This document shows, in pieces, positions 39,665-53,852 of a stretch of 64,000 bases of DNA. Location: the NCBI GenBank assembly GCA_051294375.1, contig CM119263.1:15055574-15119573 (forward strand). Direction: 5' to 3'. This DNA comes from Paraspadella gotoi (taxonomy: Eukaryota; Animalia; Chaetognatha). Under the pieces are notes generated by a model, which saw only the letters and a list, made by a program, of their open reading frames with translations, searched no databases and was not told where the DNA came from. Each line of letters begins with the position of its first letter. Positions within the stretch are counted from its first letter, which is position 1. A program made the translations under genes and the position numbers.

Positions 39665-40165
39665 GACATCTGAGATGAGTATTAAAGAAAAATTTTACCC
39701 AAAAACAGCAAAAAAAAATTTATTTAATATTAAGCCGTTTTAGAAAATTAGTATATATTTAGGAGAAGAAAAAAATCAGCCAGTTCAAATGCCTTCTCTC
39801 TCCTCTCTCTTCCTTCCTCTCCGGAAGTATATTCCCTTCCGCGCCGGCGCGGGACCAAGAACAAACCAATCGCTGTATGATTTATTCACGCTCCCGCTTC
39901 CGGTGCTTTCACCGGAACGCCCACCCTCAATTTCAGCGCTACCCGCCGACTTCATTTTTCATCGACCCGGCGCTTTTCCGTCTCGGATTGTAGAATCTCG
40001 GTTCTCTGGCGCCCTGTTCGGCCGGAATATAAACCGACGCCGGGAAAATCCGGCCGCCGGATAAATTCAAATTAATGAAGGCATGGAGATGGAGTTTTCG
40101 TTTCCGTGACTCGAGGCGAGAGGAAAAGGTGGGGTGGGGGTGTGGCGCCGGTAGTGGATGGGGCG

Positions 40166-40219
<54 letters not shown>

Positions 40220-41320
40220 CGAGAGGAGAGAGAGAGAGGGAAAAAGAGAGAGAGGAAAAAGGGGTGGTGGATGGTGGCGTGGGTGGCGGTGGTGGATGGG
40301 AGGTGGGCTGGAATAAACAAGGAGGAACGGAACGTATGGGAGAAGTGAAGATAAGCATACATGAAGAATGAGGAATGGGAGATTTAGAAAAGTGCCAAAA
40401 GCGAGAGAGAGAGTAGAGAGATGAGAGAGAGAGAGAGAGAGGGAGAGGGAGAGATAGAGAGAGAGACAGAGAGGAGAGAGAAGAGAGGAGAAGAGGAGAG
40501 ACGAGGAAAGAATGAAGAGGAGAAGAAGAGGAGAGAGAGGTATGTACTGATTCTGAGGGGACAAAAAACTGCTTCCGCGGTGGAAGTTGGATTAAGGACT
40601 GATATGGCGTCTGCGGCGATGCGGAGGGAGAGAGAATGATAGGAGAAGGAAGGGGAGTAGATTAAGTCTGTTAGGGAGCGGATGCCAACGGCGGGGGGGG
40701 CGCGAGGGAGGGGTTTGAAGGCCTGGAAGCCGAATGCGAAGAGTTCGAGGGACTCACGAATGTCGAGTAATTGATTTCGATCCAAATTATAAAACTTTCA
40801 GTTTCTTCAGGGAGAATAAATTTGAAAAGTTTGCAGCGAGATGCGAGCGGAGCCTTTGATTTTGCGAACGGGAGTGGGGAATAAAAAGACGGGAGAGAGG
40901 GAAGGATGAGAAGAGAAAAAAAAGAAAGAAAGATAAGAGAAAGAGAAGAGAAGAAAAGAAAGATGAAAGAAAGAAAAGAAGAAAAGATTGTAGAGAAAGC
41001 AAAGAAAGAAAGATAAAAAAGGAAAAGAAAAAACGTAAAAGAAAGAAAATGGAAAGAATAAAGAAAGAATGAAATAGAGTAAAGAAAGGATGAAGAGACA
41101 AAGTAAGAGAAAGAAGAAGTAGAAAGAAGACAAGAAAGAAAGAAGAAAAAGAAGACTTTTCTTAAAGCGCAAAGGCGAAACCACCTTTACGACCATAAAC
41201 GACTTCATCGGTATTTCGACACCCATAATCCAGAGAACAGCGAGAGAAAGCTAAGGACCCAAAGATAAGATTGTTGGGACCTGACGAGACTAATAACCAT
41301 TGCCTCCGCTCTGTTGTGGT
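39665..41320 (+). repeat. Noisy direct copy of (31760-32041)+(35801-36447)+(39420-39660) lacking the Gypsy element
   Basis: 40065 attcaaattaatgaaggcatggagatgg joins the 32030 sequence directly to the 35801 sequence. 40801 gtttcttcagggagaataaatttgaaaagtttg is the empty insertion site. Confidence 0.85.
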
Positions 41321-41573
41321 CTTGAGAAAGAGATGGGAGAGAGACGAGGAGAGAGACGAGAGAGAGATAGCTGGAGAGAAGAGAGAAGAGATAGAGTAGA
41401 TGAAAGAGAGGAGTGAAAAAGGAGGAAGTTTCGGAGGCCGGTTTGTATCATATTAGAGCGAAAGAAAAGGAAGGGATGAAAGATTAACAGGAGCCTATCA
41501 ATGAAAGAGACGAACGAGAATGAAGGAGAGAGAGATGAGAGAGAGAGTNNNNNNNNNNNNNNNNNNNNNNNNN

Positions 41574-41608
<35 letters not shown>

Positions 41609-43394
41609 AAAATCTAAGGAAAGGGATTAAAAGGTTTGATGGCGATGGGATTCACGCGCTAAGGACATGTGAATCAGTCACGCGCTCGTCTGAAACATCT
41701 CGATGGTGATTCGTGAGATTTTTCTGTGATGATTTTTTTCTAAATATTTCTGTCGAGATTTTTCGTCGTCGATTCTCCGGAAATTCCCGGGTGATTGTCT
41801 CTGTGTCTCCAATAAAATGTCCTCCCGACGTCATCGGTTCAACTCTCAAAACTTCCGGTTCGACCTCCTATTTTTTTTTCTGTCTTTCGTCCGAGAGACA
41901 ACGACCGCCTTCAGTTTTCAATTCTGTCTTTCGCCAAATCCGGACATCGACTCCGGATTTCCTCTCTTTTCTTCTCTTCTCTTTTCTTTTCTTTTTCTTT
42001 TCCCTTTCTCTGCTTTTCTTTTCTCTTCTATTTCGATTCTTCATCCATCAGACTTTTCCTCCCTCATTAAACGTAGTTCTCCCACGCCTGGAGATCCTCT
42101 CTCCCCTTTTCCTCGTTTTTTTTCCCCTTTTCTTTTCCTTTATTCTTTTGGATTGCATCCTTACTATTTTTCTTTGTCCATTTTTCCCGGCCCTTCGATC
42201 GGCCATCTNNNNNNNNNNNNNNNNNNNNNNNNNNNNNNNNNNNNNNNNNNNNNNNNNNNNNNNNNNNNNNNNNNNNNNNNNNNNNNNNNNNNNNNNNNNN
42301 NNNNNNNNNNNNNNNNNNNNNNNNNNNNNNNNNNNNNNNNNNNNNNNNNNNNNNNNNNNNNNNNNNNNNNNNNNNNNNNNNNNNNNNNNNNNNNNNNNAA
42401 AACAAAAAGGAAGAAGAGATCAATTTCCTTACCCCTCTCCCTTCCTCTCGTCTTTTGGCCGCCTGTTCTTTTTGTTTCAGGCTCGAGTGCATCTGACGCT
42501 GATATCCGGAAACGAGGAGGATTTTGCCCGAGGGCGGGCCTGGGGGAGAGAAAGCGTGGGAAGGGATGCGGGGTCAGAACGTAAGCTGGGCGAAGGAGGA
42601 AGCCAACTGTTTTTAATAGGGGGGGGGGGTCAGATGGTCAGACTGAGAGAATGACAAAGATCAAGTCGTCGCCAGCTCCGGCTTTTTCGGGATTATTGGC
42701 TTTTTTCCTGCCATTAATCTCTCTCCCTCACTCTCTCTCTCTCTCGAGAAAAGAAAATTCCGTTGTTTACTTTTTTACAATCTCAACTTTAGCGCATTCC
42801 AGACTATATATTTTTATACATTATCTCATCCTTTAATCACATTTTGTTGTAATATATAATAAATTAATTTTCTTTCTGACTTACAAATTTTTTTACTCAT
42901 TCACTGAAGACAAGCATAAGTTCACTTACCTTTAATGTTGAGAGTGCGAGGAAAAAATTGGCAGGAAAAGAAAAAAAAAAGAAATTTAGTAAGTTTACAA
43001 ATATTTTATCAACAGTTATGCTACAAGAATGGTAAATAGAACATTGTTCAAGAACTTCCTATTTCTATTGATTAACTGTTTTTCGATGTAAACCGCAGGC
43101 TTACTTATCACCACTCGATCGCGTAGTGCGTACTCGACTTCCGGTTAAAAACGCCTCCACAATAAAACCTCATAAAATCTTCTCCGAAAAGAGCGTTGAC
43201 TTCTCTCTAAGGAGCCCGAGGCGTCCATCGCGAGCTCTGGAAACCCTGTTAACCTTTGGTAACCCTTTGAGAATAGACAGAGAGAGAGAGAGANNNNNNN
43301 NNNNNNNNNNNNNNNNNNNNNNNNNNNNNNNNNNNNNNNNNNNNNNNNNNNNNNNNNNNNNNNNNNNNNNNNNNNNNNNNNNNNNNNNNNNNNN

Positions 43395-43426
<32 letters not shown>

Positions 43427-46400
43427 ACGTGAACATATCTAACATCGCGTTTTTTGAGTAAAATGCGATCGTCTGAAAAAAATGAAAAACATTGAGAATC
43501 TAATCCTGAAAAAATGACGGGGTTATTTATATTGGAGAAAATAGTAAATATCGTTTTGATCATTTCCGGCATTGAGTCAAACAAGAGAGCAAAAATATAA
43601 AAATGGGCGGGGAATAGTAAGATTATGCGTGATGTTTTTTTTAAAAGTATTTATTAAGAGATAGACTAAATTGGAGAAATAATGATTTATTACATCTCGG
43701 CGAAATGAACCCCTCGAAGCAAAACCTTTGCGTCGCCTAAAAACAAAAGAGCAGCGTAGAAACAAAGAGCGGCGAGTGAGCGAGTTAGCGAGATAGCGAG
43801 TGAATTCTCTCCTCCAGCGCCGAATCGTGGCGACTCTTTCAACGCCTCTAATTCCCTCGCGGACTCGACAAAGTGTCTTTGCCTCCGTCGCGGAAGAAAA
43901 GAATCAAAGACGCCGACTGGCGATTTCGACATCCCTCTCACCATGTGAACAACCTTGCACTTAGTCACTTTCTCCTCATTCACTCTCATCTTTCGCATCA
44001 CTATCTAATGTTGAAGGTAGGTCCCATGTAACCTTTACCACATCACACCTGCTTTCGCTCGCCACTCTCGTCCACAACACCGACGCTTTCCTGACGCCGT
44101 CGCTCAAGACNNNNNNNNNNNNNNNNNNNNNNNNNNNNNNNNNNNNNNNNNNNNNNNNNNNNNNNNNNNNNNNNNNNNNNNNNNNNNNNNNNNNNNNNNN
44201 NNNNNNNNNNNNNNNNNNNNNNNNNNNNNNNNNNNNNNNNNNNNNNNNNNNNNNNNNNNNNNNNNNNNNNNNNNNNNNNNNNNNNNNNNNNNNNNNNNNN
44301 NNNNNNNNNNNNNNNNNNNNNNNAGAGAGAGAGAGAGAGAGAGATATTAGACGTGTCTTCGGTCGGGGTGATATCGACTCAAGATCTATTTTTAGCCTCC
44401 AGCTCGCGGAACGCGAGAGACTTTTTATTATTTCGTCCGCTTTTTATTCGTTCCGGGCGGAAACAATATTTTTAAAATTAAGTTTAAAACGGGGTATCAG
44501 GCTTTGTTGTTGAAAAAACATACGGAAGATATAACTAGCAAATATTTTGGAGGATTCGATAAAACATGGCTTTCAATCTCTTGAAATCAATTTTAACAAA
44601 TTATTATGTTAAAATTAAATGACGTCCAAGATATAGGGAGAAAAGACGAGAACACTTTGAAAGCGAGAGAGCCATCGAGGAAAAAAGCGTAGAAAAAGAA
44701 TTCTTTGAAAAAGAAGTCGAGATTCGGATTTCTTTTAAAAATTCGATTTAACCGACATTCGAATTTCAATCGACGACAATAAAACGTCGAGTGAAGGACG
44801 AGTGAAAAACGTGAGTCAAAATCGATTCACATCACATCTGCGTTGACGGGAGAATTTCGAGTTGGGTGGAAGTCTTGAGGTTGAGGTCATCGTAACTTGA
44901 TCTTTCAAGTTTGGGGTTAACGTCCTGAGCCGAGATCAGAATCTCTGAAGACCAGTTGTCGGCTTCCCCAAATTACTAACATAGTATCTCTATTACACCA
45001 GCTCGTGAGTTTTACAGCCACGCCCCGTGGAACGAAGCTCGGCAGGCGGACCAGAGCCATCTCAATGACGTCGACGACGGCGACGCTTCGTTCGATGGCG
45101 CCACGGGGAGACGCTGGGCGTGGCCTCGAGGGGTTCCGCGTCTGTGTTTTCCACGGCGACGACGTCGATCGAGTCCGTGGAGAGAACAACGACGGAGGCG
45201 ACGACGATGACGACGACCACGACGACGATGGTGAATAATTTTTTCTTTCTCCCGAAATTCTGGGAAATGTTTTGATCCAAATCCTAGCGTTACGAGCGCC
45301 ATATTGAGAGGGAGGGGGAAATTGGGAAAGAGAGAGAGCGTGGGGAGGCGGGAGGGAGAGGGGGGGAAGGAAGAAAAAGAAAAACCTATCGAAGCAAAAA
45401 TTGACGCTGAGAGAAAAGAGAAAAGAGAAACGAGATTGCGAACGGAAATATAAAAAAAAGGTTTCGGCGGAAAAGAGCGAGGCGTGGAGAAAAGGAAGGA
45501 ATAAACACGAAAAGACGACGAAAACATACAAAGAAATAAAGAGGATAAATTAGAAGAGCTTGGATGGAGAGAGAGAGAGGAGACAGAGAAGTAAGAGTTA
45601 GCAGACGGAGAGAGGAGAGGAGTAGGTAGAAAAGAAGAAGCATGAGAGAGAGGAAGAGAGATGCGAGAGAAAGTGAGACTGAAAAGACTCAAAAGAGAGG
45701 ATGGAGTACCCGCAATGAAAACTCACACACTCTCTAAATTACACTGCCAATATTAGCCCAGTGACAGAGGGAGTATGGAATAACGATATTGGGTCTTCCA
45801 GAACCACGGTCTCTCTTTCTCTCTCGTCGCTCTCTCTCTCTCTTCTTTCCTTTCTCTCTCTCTTCTCTGGGTCGTCTCTCTCTCTGTGTGGTGGTGTCAT
45901 TTCGATTCCAGTTTTTTCTCTCATTTCTCATTTTTTTCGATATTTTTTGGGGCTTTTCTCTCCCTCTCGTTCGGTTACGAGGTTCTATCTTTTTTTTAGA
46001 AATTTTTATTTTTTTTTAGTTCCAACTTTTTTTTGAGGTCTGGCTTTTTTCCTATTTTTTTTTTCTTTCCAAGTTCTTTCAAATTTTCTCGCTCGATAAT
46101 AGCACCCGACGTTGGAACCTTATTTGAAAATAAACCGAGATTCCGTCGCCATCATTTTTTTAAAAAATAATCTCAAACCAGCAGAGATGATTGAAAACTC
46201 TGTCGTTGCGAAATGAAAAAGAGAAATCGCATTTCATTAGCGATCGAAATCCGATCGCGAGGAAATAATTTCCCAGCATCTCGTTTTCGCAGTCGCCCAT
46301 GTCTGGCCTTTCTGTCTGGCCTACCTGTCTGCCAAGCCTATCAGCCGAACCAACCTCGTTTTCGCGAATAGAGAAAATGCGGGCAGACGTCGCAGAGGGC

Positions 46401-47314
46401 GCATTCGTGCGTCGCGCATCTTTTCACCGCCTTTTTCTCTGACTCAGCGACTGGCGACGCCAATGCCATCCCTCACCACGCTCCATCCCCGCCACCGTCG
46501 CCACCCACCCGCCAACGTCACCCGGCCGCCCGCCGCCGACGCCAACTTTATTTACGAGGATTTTCGCGTCACCGCCTTCCGCACATTCTCTCTCCCCCGA
46601 GATGGCGCGGCTCTCGCATGCAAAAGGGAGTCGAGCCGAGAGAGGAAGGCGCGCCGCCTCGCGCGCGGAAACAAATCTCGTGGCGGCCCGGACCGGTAGA
46701 GGGCCGAGTCGAGAGTCTCTTTCTATGGAAGAATGACTCCTTTTTGCTTGGCGAGTCCCTTTCACTCTTATGGGGAAGCACGGTGCTGTAGAAAGGTAAA
46801 TAACAATGCAGAATAACTATAATCAAAAGTTAAAATAGAAAAGTAATAATTAGACAAATCCGCAACGCTTTTGTGCTTCTTTGAATTTTTCTACGCACAA
46901 TTAGTTTCCGAGAGAGTCACCGGGCTAGACAGGCCGTAAAATAAGAGTGGTCCACCGAGTAGCGTCACGAGTGTCCGGAAGGCGTAAGACTGTGACGTGA
47001 AAAACAACGAAGGACGTGACGTGAAAAGACGAGCGTCAGGGTTAATTCAATTAACGCCCTTGGAGATAGAAAATTGAGTACAACGTGAAAGGCAAGGCCG
47101 GCGGCGCTGACGATGACATGGCGTCAGGGCCGTTCCGACAACACCTTCCTCGATTCTAACACGACCGATCCGAACAAGAACTCAACTCATTCCCGCCCTC
47201 GACCCTTGCTACGCGCGCCCCCATCCTCGCGACCCTGTATCCAAACCCTGCCGCCACTGCTTCTTGCCTTTCGTACGAGGATGAATTACGCCAAGCGGGG
47301 GAGAGAGAGAGAGG

Positions 47315-47373
<59 letters not shown>

Positions 47374-48785
47374 AGGAGAGAGAGAGAGAGAAAATCGCGC
47401 ATCGGTCAAGCGTCGTCTTTATTTGTATTCCGGACAAAACATCAGGGGGCGTTGACGTAGGCGTCGTCGTCAATGCACTGGCTTAGCGATCGTCGTCGTC
47501 GACGTCGTCATCGTCGTTCTCGTCGTCGTCTAGATTTTTTATTTAACCTCATTACACAATTTGATTACACAAGAACGTGGGCGGTTTTAAAAGTTAAAAC
47601 CTCAAGCAGAGATATATAATACGTATAATTTATAGTACCTATAATCGATATTACTATTATCTAATCTATATTGTTCCGTTCTGGGGGCAATGTCTTCTGC
47701 GGTGACTCCTAGCAGCTTTCGCCATATAGTATTATTCGTTGAAATAAGAAACCGAAGGAAAGAGAAGGAAAGAGAAAGAGAGAGAAAGAGAGAGAAAATC
47801 TGAGACACCCAGGATCTTAAGCCTTTGTCGTCTTCCTCTTCGCTTAACTCAAGAAGGATTGTGAGAGTTAAGGAAGGAAAGAAAAGAGAGGAGAATAAAT
47901 AAGAGAAGATGGAAAGATAGAAACGAATGAAGATTGAAGGAAAAAAAAGAAAAGAGAAGAGAAAAGAAGAGACGAGAAGAGAAGATAAGAGAAAACAAAA
48001 TAAAGAACTGATGGAAGGAGAAAAAATCTTTTCTGGAATCTGAACTCTACAGTAAAACGAAAATCGTCGAGTGGCTTACCTAACCCATCGACGACTCGCT
48101 CCTCACCCCAATTGGATTCACGCCCTCCCTTCTACACCCCGCCGCTTCCTCCCTTCTGGATTGACCGTTTTTGCGGTCAGTAGGAATTTACCCAAGGCGT
48201 CCCGGCGACCGCAGCCGACGACCGAAGCGACCAGATCGTTTCCTTGTTTTAAAACGAAGGAATTGGGATGGAATACGCGATTGGTTGCCGGGATTTGCGT
48301 CTGTTGGGCTCGGGCGAGAGTAGGGTTAGTGGTGGGTTTGGGATAACCCTACTTTCCCCCTGAAAAGGGTGAGCGTTGGCTTTGGTGGATGAAGATGCAG
48401 GGATAAAACTAACCCGGCATTTTTCCCCGAATTTGTGCGCCTGCTCAAAGTCCAAAATTGTTGTCACCTACTGGTCTGCTAGATTATTTTTCACTTCTTC
48501 TTACTTCTCAATCACCTGTCAAGAATCATGAATGTAACAAAGTTTTACGATATTTTTCTGATTTATTAAAAATAATTTTAGCCTAAAAAAATCGGCCGCT
48601 CACGGTGGAGATGAGCTTCGACCGCCGCAGGAAGTTCCCACGGGCGGGTGGAGCTAACCCCGAGCTCTGGCGTCTCCAGACGAGTGGATTTAACGACGTC
48701 AGTGCCGCCCAGTTTTTAAGATGGGAAAAGAGAGAACGACATCTGCCCATTCTCCTTCTGACAGATTCCCCTGTGATGTGAACAG

Positions 48786-49397
48786 TAAGGCGTAGTGAAA
48801 GTTACGTACGAAAATTCTAAAGGTCAATTATGAACAACATACCATCAGTGAACATTAATTTGTAAAAAAAATTAATTTTATGTTTTTTAATTTTCGCAGT
48901 AGGCTATATTTATATATAGTACTATCCTTATAAAATCGAAAAATTTCAAAATAGGCTTTTCTTAATTTTGATTGCAGATTTGAATTCCTCGTCAAAAGTT
49001 GATAAAAGAAAATATAAATTATTTTGAAAAATTCTTTCATTAAGTGGGTTAAAAATTACAAAAACTATATTTAATATATAAAAAGTTAATTTTCAGCTTA
49101 AAATATAGTTTTTTCTCATTTTTGACCCACTTAATGAAGGAATTTTTTAAAAAGAGTTATATTTCTTTTTATCAACTTTTTATGACGAATCCAAATCTGC
49201 AAAAAAATCTTAGAAAAAACTGTTTTAAAATTTTAACATTTATTGGATTAGTACTAGTACAAATATGGCCTACTGCGTAAATTGTAAAATTTATTATAAA
49301 TTTTTTTTATACATAAATGTTCATTAGTATAATGTTGTTCGTTCCTCACTTTTAGAATTTTAATTAAAGTTAAATTTAGAAATTTTACTACGCCTTA
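48786..49397. mobile_element. 612-bp palindromic (foldback) MITE with 8-bp TSD, hAT-type geometry
   Basis: GTGAACAG|TAAGGCGTAGT...ACTACGCCTTA|GTGAACAG (TSD at 48778-48785 and 49398-49405). Arms stay complementary to the centre (cgcagtaggc/gcctactgcg, aaaagttgataaaag/ttttatcaactttt, ttcattaagtggg/cccacttaatgaa). Confidence 0.9.
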
Positions 49398-49445
49398 GTG
49401 AACAGTAGCTTACCTGCGAAGGGGAAAGAGAGAGAGAGACAGAGC

Positions 49446-49509
<64 letters not shown>

Positions 49510-51845
49510 CAGGACTTTTTTAATGAAGTGTTTTGCTGATTAAACCGGGAAAGAAATATAACTAGAACGGCAGGGGTCATTCACTTTTGGATTGGCGAAA
49601 GAAGGCTGAGGTCTAAATTAAGTGAGAAAGAGACGAAGGATAGCAAGAAAAAAAAATTATGATGGCGGACGAAAAACTAAAACAACAAGTTGTGACTATT
49701 TTGGGAAGGAAAGAAATACTGGTCCATACAACTACATTTTTCATTGACTCCCTCTTTCTCCACCGCGGCAAGACAGATGACACGCGCCTTCTTAAATCCT
49801 AAACCCAACGTCGCTTTCTGTCTTCTCTCTTTAGTTTTCCTTCTCCCCCATTTCTCTTTTCCCTTCTCCGCTCATCCCCCCTCTTCCCATTTCCCCCCAG
49901 AAATTCCCAGTTGTCGGCCGGCGGCGATCAAAGGATCTTCGGAGTCCGCGAGTCCGAAGCCAAAGTCTCTACCCCGAGGCGAGGAGGAAGAGGAAGGGGG
50001 GGTGGGTGGAGAGTAGGATAGGAGGAGGGATTGGGTAATGGGACGAGGGCGAGGAGAAGAGGAAGGGGGGGTGGAGTGGAGAAACAGGTGTAGGGGGGAT
50101 TGGAATGACGAAGGGCGAGGAGAAGATTAGAGAAATGAGGAAGGAAGAGTGAAGTGAAGAAAGGTGAAGAAAAGGAATCGGAGGAACGGAGGAAAGCCGT
50201 TACCGGAGAAACGAAAGGGTTTAGTCCGAAATGCGGGTCTCTGGGTTTGCGAGAATCGTGAGAGCAAAGGAAAATGTGTCATCAAGAAGAATCGGAATAG
50301 ACATTAAGCAATTGGGAATCGGGAAAGGATATAGAAAGGGGAAATAGAAAAATGACAATGAATACCGATTTAATGTTTGAGAAAATACTCCAAAAAAAAA
50401 AAGAAAATTAAACGGAAATAGAATACGGAACAGGGTTGATGGCAAAGAGAAATAATACGAAGAACATCGTCGCGAATTAAGAGTGACACATGATTTAAGG
50501 CGAGACGGAGGAAGTCGGTAGCGTTTTCTGTTCCGACAGTTCAATGACTCAGTTGTTTCACGGTCGATTTCGTTTCAAAGAGAAACAGTTTGACAACGAC
50601 CATCAATTCCAACGCAATAACAGGGCAATACCCACTGCAATCGGTGAACGTTTTATTCTTAAAGCGTAATTGCTTGAATAATTCGGCAAGCTTTGCTAAT
50701 GAATCAAATTACGATAGTTTACCTGATCATTTGCCGGATCATTTAGCTCAGTTGTTTTATTCAAGTTTAAAAAATTTTATCTTGTATTGGTTTATTTCAT
50801 TTGGTTAGTAAGTATTTAAATCGCCTGCATCACGTGGTTTAAACTAAATTCTCTCGAATGGATTCATTCGCTCGGTTTGCTTGGTTCGCTCGGCTTGCTT
50901 GGTTCGCTCGGCTTGCTTGGTTCGCTATTAGAGAGGAGAAGAGATTTCCTGAGGGCGATCGTCGTGTGTGTAAAGGGGGCGGGCCGGGGGGGGGGGAAGG
51001 GAAGGCGAGATCCGTGTGATGAATGGGCAAAGCAAACGATGGAAACCGTGAATACTGAAGAGTTACGGGACCAGAATAAGGATCTCCGCCGCCTCTAATC
51101 TCTATCCGTCTCTCCTTTTTTTTCTCTCTCTTTCTTATCCCCTCTTTTTCCCTCTCCCAAAAGAAGATCGGTTGGGATTGCAGCGGGACAGATAAGGAGT
51201 CTTAGTGAGCGAGAGAAGAGAAGTGACGACAGTCGTGGATGAGATTAAACGCTGCAACGATTTCACTCAATACACACGTTGAAGTAAGATAGAAAAAAAC
51301 CATTCCATGAAAGAAAGAAAAATATGTTTTCCTTTTTTTTATAGCGCAAGATATGGGAAAGAGATGAGCAAATGAAAAGAGAAATAAAAAATGGAGAAGG
51401 GAGAGAAAAAAAAAAATCGGAACCGGTTCAAACTTTTTTTCAATTCAGTTCAGCGCCCGGTCTTGTCATCATTATTCATTGTTTAAGCGCGGCGCGACGT
51501 CGCTGGAACCGACGACGATGACGACGACGATGGCGACGACGATGGCGACGAAGGGGACGTCAATGAGGGAAAACGACGACGATGTGGCCACCGACGAGGG
51601 AGAACTGCGCCTTAGGGACAATAAGTCACTCGATAACAAAGCGGCAGCGTCGTCGTCAATGTAGGGAACAAGTGTAACCAATGTAAGAACAACGACAACA
51701 AAAACGACGATGGAATCGAACCGGCGAAATCGAAGAAAACTGCGGTAGATGTCGCGTCGGAGAGTTAATCAAATAAGAAAAAAGGAGAAGAGAACGAAGG
51801 AAGAAAAACAGGAAGGGAACAAGCGAGATGAGGAAATTGAATGTC

Positions 51846-51919
<74 letters not shown>

Positions 51920-52023
51920 ACGAAAGAGAGGTGGAGATTGGAAGAAGAGAGAAAGAAAGAGACAGAAGACAGAGATATAGATGGAGACAAAAGGAAGAAA
52001 GAAAAGAAAGACTGATATATCGA

Positions 52024-52094
<71 letters not shown>

Positions 52095-52507
52095 TAAAAT
52101 TGGACGAAGAAAGTCGCGACGAAATTCGCGCAAACAACCCGAGGCGACAGAAACACGCCCACTATTATCTTTTCTTTCTTCCTCTCTTTTCCTTTTTCTT
52201 TTCTCCTCACCCTTTCTCCGATTTCTGACTTTTTTTAAAAACATTTTTCCTTCCTTCCTCCTTTTTTCCTCGACTTTCCATCCGTAAATAGCGTCGGTTT
52301 GCAGTTCATTTCATTCGTTCTTTTGATTTTTTTTTTTCTTCTTCTCATCCTCTTTTTTCTTTTCCTCTCGTTCCTCCCTTTTTCTCTCTTTCTTCCTTTC
52401 TCTCTTTTTTCCTTTCACCTCCTTTTTCCTTATTTCCTTTACACGTCACTCATCGCGATGTGGACCCTCGAGGTTCTGCGACAAAAGGGATTTCGATTCC
52501 CAGGGGG

Positions 52508-52545
<38 letters not shown>

Positions 52546-53740
52546 CTGTCTTTTTCTTTGTTCTCCCGAGCCTCTCTCTCTCTAAAACGTCTTCTTCTTC
52601 GCTCGATTCACGTCATCTTCTTCACCGATGTCACCCACAAAACATTTATGTTTTGTTTTGTTTTTTGTTTCTTTTTTTTGGACGAATCGACCGACAAAAT
52701 TTTGTTTTAAAAAAACAATACTGCCAAGGATGTGAAGGATAGGATAGGAATGGAATAGGATAGGATAGGATAGGAATGGAATAGGATAGGATAGGATAGG
52801 ATAGGAATGCAGATTTGCTCTTGAAGCAGCTTCGTGTCATTTGCATAATTCTTCCCCCCAAAAATGTTCGCCTTCAAAATTGGACGCGCGCGTTCTTCTG
52901 AGATTATATTCGTTTGTCAAGCTTTTTTATTTTATCGTTGCGTTGAGTTGATTTTTGTAAAGCGAACATAATTTATATCGATTATCTACTTCAATGTTTT
53001 GAACAATGTTTTGAACATTTTGAACAATGTTTTGAACATTTTGAACAATATTTTGAACATAATTTTTATCGTTTAACTACTTCAATGTGTTTACTGATTC
53101 CGGTCTACGTCAATTTTAGAATCGTTTATCCTCGTCCTTTCTTTCTCTTCCTCTTCGTTTTCAGTCTCTATTTTCTCCTCTCTTTCTTTTTTTTCCCTTT
53201 TGCTCGATATATTTTTTTTTCTCTTAGAGGTAAAGGGGATTCCTCCGCACCCCCCGGGAGAAAGGAAAGACGTATCTGTCTTCTTTGTTTCAATTGGATT
53301 TATTAAATGTATCCCAATAGAAAAAGAACAAAACATTTCTTTTCCTTTTCCTCTATTTATTTCTTTCCTTTTCGTTCCATCATTTCTTCTTATCTTTCTT
53401 TCTTTTTTTCCCTTCCGTTTCGTTCCTTTTCTCCGTCTTCCTCCATTCTTATCAGGTCGATATGTACGTTTCTACCTTTTTTCTTTTTGATCCCTTTTTT
53501 TTCGTTTCAATTCTTTCCTTTCGTCTCTTTCTTTCTTATCTTCTTTTCCGATATTTTCCTTACTTCTCTTCCTTTCTTCCCTATCTTTCTTTTCTTTCCT
53601 TAGAACTGCTTCTCTAGTCTTTGAGGATGAAAGGAATCGCTAAACGAAGAAGGAAAGAAAAAACTTCCGTCGGTCGGTTAAGCGACATTCCAGTTTAGTC
53701 TCATTGTCATGGAAATTGTCGAGATCTAGACTCACTTTCC

Positions 53741-53852
<112 letters not shown>

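Noticed and set aside
41300-41335. Resemblance to a PacBio SMRTbell adapter
   Set aside because: The same cattgcctc(c)gctctgttgtg text occurs at ~39646, so it appears to be genomic.
50870-53060. Short tandem repeats (18-mer ttggttcgctcggcttgc, (ATAGG)n, tgttttgaaca units)
   Set aside because: Ordinary slippage repeats with no further structure.
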